From Thermomicrobiales bacterium (GTDB taxonomy: Bacteria; Chloroflexota; Chloroflexia; Thermomicrobiales; CFX8), in contig JBDHWD010000006.1 in the NCBI GenBank assembly GCA_039810005.1, positions 707 to 64,706 of the forward strand: a stretch of 64,000 nt of DNA, written 5' to 3'. The notes under the pieces were generated by a model. It ran no database searches. It was not told the DNA's origin and saw nothing but the letters and a program-made list of their open reading frames with translations. This document shows positions 45,163-54,287 of the stretch, piece after piece. Every line of letters starts with the position of its first letter. Within the stretch, counting starts at the first letter, position 1. The position numbers and the translations under genes were made by a program.

Positions 45163-46290
45163 GTGAGCGAGTCATACGATGTCATCGTGATCGGCCTTGG
45201 CGGTATGGGCAGTGCCGCTGCGGCGCACCTCGCGACGCGCGGTTTGCGCGTGCTGGGGCTGGAGCAGTTCGGCAGGCTCCACAAGCTGGGTTCATCTCAC
45301 GGGCATAGCCGGATCATTCGTGAGGCCTACTTCGAGGCGCCGGAATACGTGCCACTTGTTCAGCGTGCCTATGTGCTCTGGCGTGAGCTGGAGGCGGCGA
45401 CCGAGCGCGACCTGCTGACAATTACTGGTGGGCTCACGATCGGAGCGCCCGATTCGAACTTCATCGAGGGCGCACTGGAAAGCGCAAAGCTCCACGGATT
45501 GCCCTACGAGCTGCTGGATTATCAAGCCGCTGAGCAGCGATTCCCCGGTCTGGCGCTGGGCGACGGGCTGATGGCGGTCCACGAGCCGAACGCCGGCTTC
45601 CTGCGACCGGAGGACTGCATCGACGCGCACCTCACCGTCGCCGAGCGACATGGCGCGGAGCTGCGCTTCGAAACGGGCCCGGCGCGTTGGGCTGCCGATG
45701 GCGACGGAGTGTCAGTCACGACCGCCGCCGGGACGTACCATGCGGATCGTCTTGTTATCGCGGCCGGGCCCTGGTCGGCCGAGGTCATCCCTGATCTCGC
45801 GCTGCCGCTGGCGGTCGAGCGCATCGTCAATATCCACGTCGAGCCGACGCAGCCGGAGCTGTATGGCGCCGATCGTTTCCCGGTCTACCTGTTCCAGGTG
45901 CCGGAAGGGCAGTATTACGGGTTCCCGGCGTTGCCGGGGCAGGGCGTGAAGATTGGTCGCCACGAGGGCGGCGAGATCACCAACGCGCACGACATCCGTC
46001 GTGAGGTCGATGAGGGCGAGATCGCGACGCTGCTGGCTGCGCTGGCCCGCTATCTGCCGGGTGCGGCCGGCAAGGTGACGTCGAGCCTGACCTGCATGTA
46101 CACGAATACGCCGGACGAGAACTTCATCATTGACCATCATCCGGCAGCCGAGCAGGTCACGATCGCCTGTGGGTTCTCCGGGCATGGCTATAAGTTCGCC
46201 AGCGCCATCGGCGAGGTATTGGCCGATCTGGCGATCGACGGCGCGTCGCGCCACGACATCGACTTCCTCGCGCTGTCCCGCTTTGCCTGA
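45163..46290 (+). CDS. Monomeric sarcosine oxidase / N-methyl-L-tryptophan oxidase family flavoprotein
   Basis: YDVIVIGLGGMGSAAA, HGHSRIIREAY, YYGFPALPGQGVKIGRHEGG, CMYTNTPDENFIIDHHP (covalent-FAD Cys position) and GFSGHGYKFASAIGEVLADLA. The GTG start at 45163 lies 7 nt after GGAGG. Confidence 0.75.
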   Translation: MSESYDVIVIGLGGMGSAAAAHLATRGLRVLGLEQFGRLHKLGSSHGHSRIIREAYFEAPEYVPLVQRAYVLWRELEAATERDLLTITGGLTIGAPDSNFIEGALESAKLHGLPYELLDYQAAEQRFPGLALGDGLMAVHEPNAGFLRPEDCIDAHLTVAERHGAELRFETGPARWAADGDGVSVTTAAGTYHADRLVIAAGPWSAEVIPDLALPLAVERIVNIHVEPTQPELYGADRFPVYLFQVPEGQYYGFPALPGQGVKIGRHEGGEITNAHDIRREVDEGEIATLLAALARYLPGAAGKVTSSLTCMYTNTPDENFIIDHHPAAEQVTIACGFSGHGYKFASAIGEVLADLAIDGASRHDIDFLALSRFA

Positions 46291-46300
46291 CGTACAACAG

Positions 46301-46328
46301 AAGCGGGCTCCCAAACGGGAGCCCGCTT
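46301..46328. terminator. Bidirectional terminator-like hairpin between convergent genes
   Basis: Perfect 12-bp stem AAGCGGGCTCCC/GGGAGCCCGCTT with loop AAAC. Confidence 0.5.
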
Positions 46329-46351
46329 ACAACGGTCTATGGTGGTGTTGC

Positions 46352-46576
46352 TCAGGCGCGCTGGCGGCGTGCCTTGTTGAGGTCGAGCTCGATGCCCGGC
46401 TTCGCTAGTGTCTTGATGCAGCGCGTGCAGGCGTTCACCTGGCGGAGCGTGCCGCTGTCAAAGACACGAGTCTTCTGAATATTCGGCTTGAACGGGCGGT
46501 TGGTGCGTCGCTTCGAGAAGCTGACGTTGCGTCCGAAGGCGACAGTCTTACCGCAAATCTCGCATGTCCCGGCCAT
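46352..46576 (-). CDS. rpmB: 50S ribosomal protein L28 (Cys4, zinc-ribbon form)
   Basis: MAGTCEICGKTVAFGRNVSFSKRRTNRPFKPNIQK...CTRC. 74 aa. RBS GGGAGA. Confidence 0.85.
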   Translation of the reverse strand: MAGTCEICGKTVAFGRNVSFSKRRTNRPFKPNIQKTRVFDSGTLRQVNACTRCIKTLAKPGIELDLNKARRQRA

Positions 46577-46921
46577 GACGTTCTCCCTGCTCCCTGTCCG
46601 GTTGTCCTTTTCCTCGAACCGACGGCCCGAACACGGGCGGGAAGTGACGTCGGCCACAACCCGCAATGATACAGGAGTCTACCGGGAACCGGCAATCCGT
46701 CGATGTTGGATAGCAATCGAGCCTGTCGGCCACCGATTGACACCAGTCTAGCGGAACGCTACATATCCGACCTGGCTATGGCTGTGAGCGCGGAGTGAAT
46801 TATGGGGACGGCTTTCGCCCGCGTCGCTTGCGCATGGCTTCCGCACTGGAATACTCGCCACTACGGCGTTGACGATCTACTGAGGTAATAGGGCTAGCCG
46901 TCGTTTGGCGGCCGCTCATAT

Positions 46922-47929
46922 TCAGTCGGACGATGCGTTCGCTGGTGGGGCGGCGAGCTTGAGGTAGCGGCGGACGCTCATGCGATTGCGTGAGTCGTCG
47001 GCGAGCCCCAGCAGCAGGAGCAGCTGCTCCTCCTCTGCGCCATCGCGGGCCTGCTCGACGGCGTAGGTGTCGCGCAATGTCTGCGGCGAGATCTGCTTGC
47101 TGATGCCGGCCGACCGCGCTACCCGCTCGACGAGCTTGTTGACCGATTGCGGCAACAGCTCAAAGAGGCGGTCTTCTGGCGCGTAGTCCTCGATGTAGCG
47201 GTCATAGAGCGCCGTTAGCTCCGGGCCGGCGGCGAGCTTGCGCTCCTTGGCCGCCCAGCGCGGGTTCTCATAGAACACGTAGACGATTGGCGCGTCGGGA
47301 TCGCTGAAGTCGATATGGTCGCGGCGCAGCGCCAGAAGCTCGCCGCGCGACAGCCCCAGGTTGAGCAGCAGCCAGACAATCAGCGCCGAGCGCGACGAGT
47401 CGTTCGCTGCCGCGTCGAGGATCGCCTGCTGCTCGGCCTCGAAGAGCGGGCGCGGGGTCTTTAGCGGGATGTGGTCAGGATAGAACGACTCGGTCGGGTC
47501 GGTTTCGAGCATCTTCGCGCTCTGCACCAGCCACTTGAACAGTTGGCTGACTGAGGTGAGTCGTCGCTTGCGCGTCGAGCGCGTCTGCGCCTCGCCGAGG
47601 TAATGTGCGATGTCGCGCGCCGTGACGGCGTCGATCGCCTTGGGTCCAACGACCTGCTCAAAGATCGCCAGGTCGTAGATGTAGGACTCGACCGTGTTCT
47701 TCGGATGCTGGGCCTGCTCAAGCGCACGCCGGAACCAGAAGCGGGCGATTGGCAATGACGCCTGCGGCGTCAGCGGCGCGACGGCGGCGATTTTCGGGGC
47801 ATAGGTACTGCGGCCAACAACATCAAACAGCGGTGGCTGTGACGATCCCACCGGCTGGTCAGTGTCGTGTGCGTTATCGTGCTGGTCAGCCATCGCAGTT
47901 CCATTCGGCGGCATGCCCGACGCGGCCAC
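46922..47929 (-). CDS. Tyrosine recombinase-like protein with degenerate active site
   Basis: SAM-like N-terminal core-binding domain. Box I GLSRGEL (Arg present). Box II reads SPQTLRD instead of xxHxLRH. The final motif reads LGLADDSRNRMSVRRYL (Tyr present, His absent). Confidence 0.55.
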   Translation of the reverse strand: MAASGMPPNGTAMADQHDNAHDTDQPVGSSQPPLFDVVGRSTYAPKIAAVAPLTPQASLPIARFWFRRALEQAQHPKNTVESYIYDLAIFEQVVGPKAIDAVTARDIAHYLGEAQTRSTRKRRLTSVSQLFKWLVQSAKMLETDPTESFYPDHIPLKTPRPLFEAEQQAILDAAANDSSRSALIVWLLLNLGLSRGELLALRRDHIDFSDPDAPIVYVFYENPRWAAKERKLAAGPELTALYDRYIEDYAPEDRLFELLPQSVNKLVERVARSAGISKQISPQTLRDTYAVEQARDGAEEEQLLLLLGLADDSRNRMSVRRYLKLAAPPANASSD

Positions 47930-48034
47930 TGTAACGGAACATGTGTTCGACTGTCAATCGCTCCGGCAACGCATGCCTGGGCGGTTCCAGCCGCGGACGA
48001 CGTTCGATCTACGAGAGGACTTGAGAGCATCCTG

Positions 48035-49681
48035 ATGACGACGCGGCGAACATTTCTGAAGCGGACGGTTGCGGCAGGCGCGGTTGTGGCGCTGGGTGGG
48101 AAGTTCGGCTTCCCCCGACTGGCGCAATCGCCTGCGACAGCGCGATCCACCTTTTCTTCGACGCAGCTGGCAGGCCAGCGGGTTATCTTCTCCTATCCGG
48201 GCACGACCGTGCCGGAGTCGCTGCTGGCGCAGATCCGTGCTGGGGCAGCCGGCGGCGTCATCTTCTTTGGCGAGAATATCGTTGACCATGACCAGATCGC
48301 TGGCGTCGTCGCGCAGCTCGCCGCAGCGCAGCAGGCGAGCCCGATGACCGCGCCGCTGCTGCTGATGACCGATCAGGAGGGTGGGCTGGTCCGGCGCCTG
48401 CCTGGCCCGCCGGACGAATCGGCGCGTGACATCGGCCTCTCAGGCGATCCGGCCGGAGCGGCGAGCGCGGCCGGTCGTGCTGCCGGCGAAAATCTGGCCG
48501 GTGTCGGGATGAATGTGAACCTCGCGCCGGTTCTGGACGTCTTCCGCGAGGAGGGTGGGTTCGACGATCAGTACGGTCGCTCGTTCAGCAACGACCCGGG
48601 CGTCGTCGCAACCTGCGGCGCGGCGTTTATTGCGGCGCAGCAGGCGGTCGGCGTTGCGGCGACGGCCAAGCATTTCCCGGGTTTGGGCGCAGCGAGCGCC
48701 GACGAGAACACCGATCTCCGCTCGGTGACTTTGTCGGTGAGCCTCGACGATCTGCGCTCGATCGACGAAGCGCCATATCCGGCAGCGTTTGATGCCGGCG
48801 CGAAGCTCGTCATGCTCTCGTGGGCGATCTATCCGGCGTTGGACGGCTCGCGCCCGGCCGGCCTGTCTGGTGTCATCGCGTCCGACGAGCTGCGTGGCCG
48901 ACTCGGGTTTGCGGGCGTGACGATCACCGACGCGCTGGAGGCCGGCGCGGTGACGGCCTTTGGCTCGCAGGAGGAGTGCGCCGTGCTGGCCGCCGAGGCT
49001 GGCATGGACCTCATCCTGTGTTCGGGGCGCGATGTCGGGCAGGGGCAGCGCGTTGCGGCCGCGTTGGCGAGCGCGCTCGACTCTGGTCGGCTGGATGCCG
49101 GTGCCTTCGCGACGGCAACTGGCCGCGTCGATACGCTCCGCGCGTCGCTGTCGGCGGGTCGCATTTTTCCGGAGACTGGCTACACGGTCCGTGGGCCATT
49201 CCTGCAGTACTGGAACACCTTTGGCGGTCTGGCCGTCTTCGGCTTCCCGATCACCGAAGAGTATGTCGACGGCTCGACCGGCTATCTGACTCAGTACTTC
49301 GAGCGTGCCCGGCTGGAGTGGCACCCGGGCGACTGGGCCGAGCGCTTCGACATCGAGCTTGGCTTGCTGGGCGTCGAGATCGCCGAGCGCCACGGTCTGC
49401 TCGGCACGCAGCCGTTCCTGCCGGTCGATGGTCACAATGACGCCAACTGCACGTTCTTCCCGGAGACGGGCCACCGGCTCTGCTTCGGCTTCCGCAGCTT
49501 CTGGGAGGCGCACGGCGGCCTTGCGATCTTCGGCTTTCCGATCAGCGAGGAGTACGCCGATTCCGAAACGGGCTATACGGTGCAGTACTTCGAGCGCCAG
49601 CGGTTTGAATACCATCCCGAAAACCCGCCGGAGTGGCAGGTGCTCGGGGGATTGCTCGGCAGCGAGGTGCTTGAGTCCTGA
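48035..49681 (+). CDS. Glycoside hydrolase family 3 (NagZ-like beta-N-acetylhexosaminidase domain) with two C-terminal repeat modules
   Basis: Tat-like signal MTTRRTFLKRTVAAGAVVALGG. Motifs MTDQEGGLVRRL and KHFPGLG. Two ~70-aa repeats begin with FPETG (aa 434-504 and 531-600 of the long ORF). Confidence 0.7.
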   Translation: MTTRRTFLKRTVAAGAVVALGGKFGFPRLAQSPATARSTFSSTQLAGQRVIFSYPGTTVPESLLAQIRAGAAGGVIFFGENIVDHDQIAGVVAQLAAAQQASPMTAPLLLMTDQEGGLVRRLPGPPDESARDIGLSGDPAGAASAAGRAAGENLAGVGMNVNLAPVLDVFREEGGFDDQYGRSFSNDPGVVATCGAAFIAAQQAVGVAATAKHFPGLGAASADENTDLRSVTLSVSLDDLRSIDEAPYPAAFDAGAKLVMLSWAIYPALDGSRPAGLSGVIASDELRGRLGFAGVTITDALEAGAVTAFGSQEECAVLAAEAGMDLILCSGRDVGQGQRVAAALASALDSGRLDAGAFATATGRVDTLRASLSAGRIFPETGYTVRGPFLQYWNTFGGLAVFGFPITEEYVDGSTGYLTQYFERARLEWHPGDWAERFDIELGLLGVEIAERHGLLGTQPFLPVDGHNDANCTFFPETGHRLCFGFRSFWEAHGGLAIFGFPISEEYADSETGYTVQYFERQRFEYHPENPPEWQVLGGLLGSEVLES

Positions 49682-49693
49682 TCGGCTGAGCTC

Positions 49694-51319
49694 TTAGACA
49701 ATCGGTGTGAGCGCGTGCTGCGGTTGACGTCCGTGGGAGTCCAGCCGGTCGGCCAGGCGGTGGACGGCGACCGACAAGCGCCGCACGCCTTCGACGATCT
49801 CGTCGTCGGTTGGCAGCGTGAAGTTGAGACGCATGTCGAATCGTCCGCGACCCGACGCACCATCGGCGTGGAACGACTCGCCGGGGGCGAAGACGACGCC
49901 CTCGCGAGCCGCCTCGGGCAGGAGGTCGCGAACGCGGATGCCTTCAGCGAGGCGACACCAGAGGTAGATGCCGCCCTCGGGCCGGTTCGCGGTGACGAGG
50001 TCGCCGCAGTATTCCTCCAGCGCTGCCAGCATGCGGTCGCGCCGTAGCGGGTAGGCGGCGTTGACCCGCGCGAGGTGCATTTCGATCAGCCCACGGGCGA
50101 AGAAGGCCCAGACGACGCGCTGGGCGAGCGCATTCGTGTCCAGATCGACGAGCTGCTTCATCAGCGTCAGGCGCTCCGCGACCGGCTTCGGCGCGGCGAC
50201 CCAGCCGATGCGGAAGCCGGGGAAGAGCATCTTCGATACGGTCGAGAGGTAGATGACGTTTGAGCGCCCCTCGGCCTGGTCGATGGCGACGAGCGGTGGC
50301 AACGGGCGGCCATCAAAGCGCAATGCGCCGTACGGATCGTCCTCGACAATCGGGATCTGGTAGCGCGCCGCGAGATCGAGCAGCCGTAGCCGGCGGCCCA
50401 TCGACATCACCGCGCCACTCGGATTCTGGAATGTCGGCAGCGTATAGATGAGCTTTGGCTGGCGACGCGGCAGAATCTCCTGCAGGAGATCAACCTGCAT
50501 GCCATCCTGATCGACCGGGATCGACATCAGTCGCGCGCCGGCTGCGCGGAAGACCTGCGCCGCGCCGAGATAGGTCGGCGACTCGAGAATGACCAGATCG
50601 CCCGGGTCGATCAGCGTCCGAGCCAGGAGATAGAGTCCCTGCTGCGAACCGGCTGCGACGACGATGTGCGCTGGGTCGACCTGTGCGTTGACCCCCGCTC
50701 CGGCCGCCGTCCGCGCCATCCAGCGCGACAGCTCATCGCGCAGGGGCGGGTAGCCCTCGGTCGGCGTGTGCTGGAGGAGCGTCTGCCCGGCATCGCCGAG
50801 CGCCTCATCGAAGAGCTCGCGAATGTCGGCGATGGGGTACAGCTCCGGCGACGGGATGCCGGTCGCCAGTCGGATGACGTCTGGCCGGGCCGAGACGGTC
50901 ATCGCGTCACGCAGGAGCGCGTCGTCCATGACATCGGTGGTCGGCGTGAACAACTGCGCCCACGGGATCGGCGTCGAGCGTGAGCGGGCGCTGTCGATCG
51001 TCGTGCTTGCCGCACCATCGGACGTGTGCGTGCGGGACGACCAGGCGCTCGCGCCGAAGGCCTCCGGCTCTTCGTCCGGAGATCCGTGGATCACGATCGT
51101 GCCGCGGCCGACCTGTCCCGACACCAGCCCGTCTGCCGCGAGCTCGCGATAGGCGTTCACAACCGTCGTGCGGTTGACGCCGAGCAGCTTGGCCAGCCGT
51201 CGCTCCGGCGGGAGTCGCCCTCCGGTGGGTGGATCACCGTCCAAAATGGATTGGCGGAGCTGTTGAGCGATCTGCAAATAGATCGGCACGGCGCATTCGC
51301 GATCCAGAGTGACGTGCAT
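49694..51319 (-). CDS. MocR/GabR-type regulator (GntR wHTH fused to PLP aminotransferase-like domain)
   Basis: N-terminal PIYLQIAQQLRQSI...LPPERRLAKLLGVNRTTVVNAYREL. C-terminal fold-type I domain with STVSKMLFPGFRIGW (PLP Lys). Confidence 0.8.
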   Translation of the reverse strand: MHVTLDRECAVPIYLQIAQQLRQSILDGDPPTGGRLPPERRLAKLLGVNRTTVVNAYRELAADGLVSGQVGRGTIVIHGSPDEEPEAFGASAWSSRTHTSDGAASTTIDSARSRSTPIPWAQLFTPTTDVMDDALLRDAMTVSARPDVIRLATGIPSPELYPIADIRELFDEALGDAGQTLLQHTPTEGYPPLRDELSRWMARTAAGAGVNAQVDPAHIVVAAGSQQGLYLLARTLIDPGDLVILESPTYLGAAQVFRAAGARLMSIPVDQDGMQVDLLQEILPRRQPKLIYTLPTFQNPSGAVMSMGRRLRLLDLAARYQIPIVEDDPYGALRFDGRPLPPLVAIDQAEGRSNVIYLSTVSKMLFPGFRIGWVAAPKPVAERLTLMKQLVDLDTNALAQRVVWAFFARGLIEMHLARVNAAYPLRRDRMLAALEEYCGDLVTANRPEGGIYLWCRLAEGIRVRDLLPEAAREGVVFAPGESFHADGASGRGRFDMRLNFTLPTDDEIVEGVRRLSVAVHRLADRLDSHGRQPQHALTPIV

Positions 51320-51505
51320 TCGAGCGCTCCTCGTTGTTCCCCATCTGAATGGGGGAGTCCAATGTCGGCCATTGTGGCATGCGAGACACCCGCCTGACCA
51401 GTCGAAGTGCCGGTCGGAGCGTGGATTTCGTCATGCTTGTGCGCTGCGCACAGTTGGGTTGTATATTCGTCACGACGAGACAGTACGGACACGACGGGCC
51501 TGCGC

Positions 51506-53104
51506 ATGGCGGACATCACGATCGACGACATCCTGCACTGGCAACGCGGCCTGACCTATCGCGCGCCACTCGGTCGCGCAACTGGTGACGGCATTGACAG
51601 CAGTGTCTCCTGGGCTGTGACGATCCGCGCCGCTGCACCGATCCTTCCGCCATTGCGCGGCGGCGAGATTGTTGTCGCGCCGCCGCGCCTGCTGGAGCAG
51701 GTTCGCGAGTCGGAGATGGTCGATAGCGCGACACTGGTGCGTGCGCTCGCGGGGCAACCGATCGCGGCGCTGATGGTCGATCCCACGTTCAGTGAGGTGG
51801 CCGTTGATGTGCCGCTGCTAGTCAGCAGCAGCGCGTTTCCGCAAGCTGCCGAGGCGACGCTGAATCGCCTGATCATCGAGCGCCGCGCCGAGCTGTATCG
51901 CATCGGCTCAGACCTTTCGCGGGCGCTCTCAACCGCGACCGTCTCCGGCGCGGGGTTGGACCAGCTGCTCGACACGGTCCGCGACGTTATCAGTCGCCCG
52001 CTTATGCTGATTGAGGCGAACGGTGCGATTTCAGCACGCTCGGACGACGCGCCGGATGAGGCGCCACTGGCGAGCGATGACCTCGCGGCAGCGCTGCGCG
52101 TCGGTGGTCAACGGCGGGTGCTGGATGCCACCGGCAGATCGTGGCTGATCCAGCCGCTACGTCCGAGTCGGGACGACGGCCGACGTGAGATGGCGCTCCT
52201 CGTCGGGCTGGCCCCGGACACATCGACCGAGCCGGAACGGCTGGCGGCCACGCAGAGCGCGGCGACGCTGGAGCTGGTGCTGACCCGCGCAATTGAGGCT
52301 GGAGGCAAGGGACGTGAGTGGAGCGGACGAGAGCCGCTCGTCGCAGAGCTGCTCACTGGTCGACTGACAAACCGCGTCGCCGCCGAAAGCCGTGCCCGCC
52401 TGATCGGGCTGGACCCCGCCGAACCATTGCGTGTTGCGCTCTTCAGCTCGCCATCGTCCGGTCTGCCACACCGGGTCCGCTCGGCGCTCTCCGATCAGCG
52501 CGGCCGGGCGACGGCAGCGCTGGGTGAGCATGAGTTCGCCGTTCTCTCGACCAACGAAGCGCGGCTGGGTGTCCTGCTGAGCGACCTGACGGTGGCAATC
52601 CATCGCGTGCAGCGCGGCGATGCGGATGCACGCGTCGTTATCAGCGAGCCGGTGGTGTCGGTTGGGCAGGCCGAGACGGCGCTTGCTCAGGCACGCGTGC
52701 TGTCACGCCTGACTCGTGATGCCGGGCTTGCTGGTGAGGTGGTCCGGGCGGACGAGCCGGAGCGGCTGGGCCTTTTCGGTCTGCTGCTGCCGATTGCCGC
52801 CGGTACCGAGACGACCGCCGCCGATCTGCGCGTGCGCCTGGAGCGCTTCGCCGATGCGGTGATCGGCCCGCTGGAGCAGCAGGACGACCGACGCCACAGC
52901 CATCTGGTCGAGACGGTCGATGCCTGGTTGGCGCACGCCGCCATGCTCGCGCCGACCGCCGATGCGTTGGGCATTCACCGCAACACGCTCGCCTACCGAC
53001 TGCAGCGCGTCGCCGATGTCACCGGCTATGATCTCGACGACGCTCAGATTCGCTACACACTGCGACTCGCGCTGGACGTGCGGCGGCTGCTCGCAACTGA
53101 GTGA
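51506..53104 (+). CDS. PucR/CdaR family transcriptional regulator
   Basis: C-terminal HTH LGIHRNTLAYRLQRVADVTGYDLDD, typical of PucR_C. Start ATG 51506. Confidence 0.7.
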   Translation: MADITIDDILHWQRGLTYRAPLGRATGDGIDSSVSWAVTIRAAAPILPPLRGGEIVVAPPRLLEQVRESEMVDSATLVRALAGQPIAALMVDPTFSEVAVDVPLLVSSSAFPQAAEATLNRLIIERRAELYRIGSDLSRALSTATVSGAGLDQLLDTVRDVISRPLMLIEANGAISARSDDAPDEAPLASDDLAAALRVGGQRRVLDATGRSWLIQPLRPSRDDGRREMALLVGLAPDTSTEPERLAATQSAATLELVLTRAIEAGGKGREWSGREPLVAELLTGRLTNRVAAESRARLIGLDPAEPLRVALFSSPSSGLPHRVRSALSDQRGRATAALGEHEFAVLSTNEARLGVLLSDLTVAIHRVQRGDADARVVISEPVVSVGQAETALAQARVLSRLTRDAGLAGEVVRADEPERLGLFGLLLPIAAGTETTAADLRVRLERFADAVIGPLEQQDDRRHSHLVETVDAWLAHAAMLAPTADALGIHRNTLAYRLQRVADVTGYDLDDAQIRYTLRLALDVRRLLATE

Positions 53105-53192
53105 TCGCCATCTGGTTGCATGCTACGATGCGTCGATGTGGCACGGTGCCTGAGAGTGTTTCCGGGATTCACAAACATACTGGAGGAGATGC

Positions 53193-54254
53193 GTGAAGAG
53201 CGAGACGCGAGCATTTCTCGATCGGCTGCTGGTAACCGCAAGCCCATCCGGCTTCGAGAATGAGGCAGCGCGGGTCTGGCGTGCCGAGGCGGAGACGTTT
53301 GCCGACGAGGTCATCGTCGACGCGATGGGGAACTCCTTCGCGCGCCTTAAGGGCGACGGGCCGACCGTCATGATCGAGGGGCACATCGACGAGATCGGCG
53401 TGATGATCTCGCACATTGATGACAACGGCTTCCTCTGGTTCCAGCCCATCGGTGGCTGGGACGATCAGGTGCTGGTCGGACAGCGCATCCGCATCCTCGG
53501 GAGCGGCGGCCCGGTCGTCGGCGTGATCGGCAAGAAGCCACGCCACCAGATGACCGAAGAAGACATGAACCGCGTGTCGAAGATCCGTACCCTCTGGATC
53601 GATATTGGCGCGCGCGATGCTGACGACGCGCGCTCGAAGGTGTCGGTCGGCGATGCCGGTGTCATCGAGCAGCCACTCATCGAGCTGGGCGATGACCTGA
53701 TCGCCTCGCGCGGTCTGGATAACCGGGTCGGTGCGTTCGTCGCGCTCGAGGCGCTGCGGCTGCTCTCGGAAGGGGAGCGGCCTGCCGCCGATGTCTGGGC
53801 AGTTGCTGCGGTACAGGAGGAGATCACCTTCGGCGGCGCGCACACGAGCGCATTCCATCTCGATCCGGCGGTGGCGATCGTGCTCGACGTAACCCACGCG
53901 ACCGACCACCCCGACGCCGATATCCGCGGCAACGGTATCTGCAAGATCGGTGGTGGCCCGGCGCTGGCGCGTGGTTCGGCAGTGCATCCGATCGTTCACC
54001 AGCGGCTGGTCGAGGCGGGCCGGGCGGAGAACATCCCGCACAGCATCGAGGCGACGCCGCGCCGCACCGGCACCGACGCTGACGCAATCTCCTACGAGCG
54101 CGCCGGTATCCCTTGCGGCCTCGTGTCGATCCCGAACCGGTACATGCACTCGCCGAGCGAGATGGTGAGTTTGACCGATCTGGACAACTGTGCCGCGATC
54201 ATCGCGGCCTTCACCCGTCGGTTCAACGCCGACGTTGATCTGCGTCGCGTCTGA
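53193..54254 (+). CDS. M42 family metallopeptidase (glutamyl aminopeptidase/FrvX-like)
   Basis: PSGFE, MIEGHIDEIG, LDNRVG, QEEITFGGA and RYMHSPSE motifs. The GTG start lies 6 nt after GGAGG. Confidence 0.8.
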   Translation: MKSETRAFLDRLLVTASPSGFENEAARVWRAEAETFADEVIVDAMGNSFARLKGDGPTVMIEGHIDEIGVMISHIDDNGFLWFQPIGGWDDQVLVGQRIRILGSGGPVVGVIGKKPRHQMTEEDMNRVSKIRTLWIDIGARDADDARSKVSVGDAGVIEQPLIELGDDLIASRGLDNRVGAFVALEALRLLSEGERPAADVWAVAAVQEEITFGGAHTSAFHLDPAVAIVLDVTHATDHPDADIRGNGICKIGGGPALARGSAVHPIVHQRLVEAGRAENIPHSIEATPRRTGTDADAISYERAGIPCGLVSIPNRYMHSPSEMVSLTDLDNCAAIIAAFTRRFNADVDLRRV

Positions 54255-54262
54255 TGGAGTCA

Positions 54263-54287
54263 GGGGGCGGTCGTTAGCGCCGCCCCC
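54263..54287. terminator. GC-rich hairpin at the convergent gene ends
   Basis: 8-bp stem GGGGGCGG(54263-54270)/CCGCCCCC(54280-54287). The loop includes the stop codon (54274-54276) of the minus-strand gene. Confidence 0.35.

Noticed and set aside
46577-47929. The recombinase gene as a marker of an integrated mobile element or prophage.
   Set aside because: No flanking direct repeats, no adjacent tRNA, and no phage or conjugation genes. The neighbours are rpmB and a GH3 hydrolase.
48440-49615. A 391-aa ORF antisense to the GH3 gene. Similar long antisense ORFs lie at 53169-54314 and 61830-63101.
   Set aside because: All lie opposite genes with strong family motifs and have Arg/Ala/Gly-rich shadow-ORF composition.
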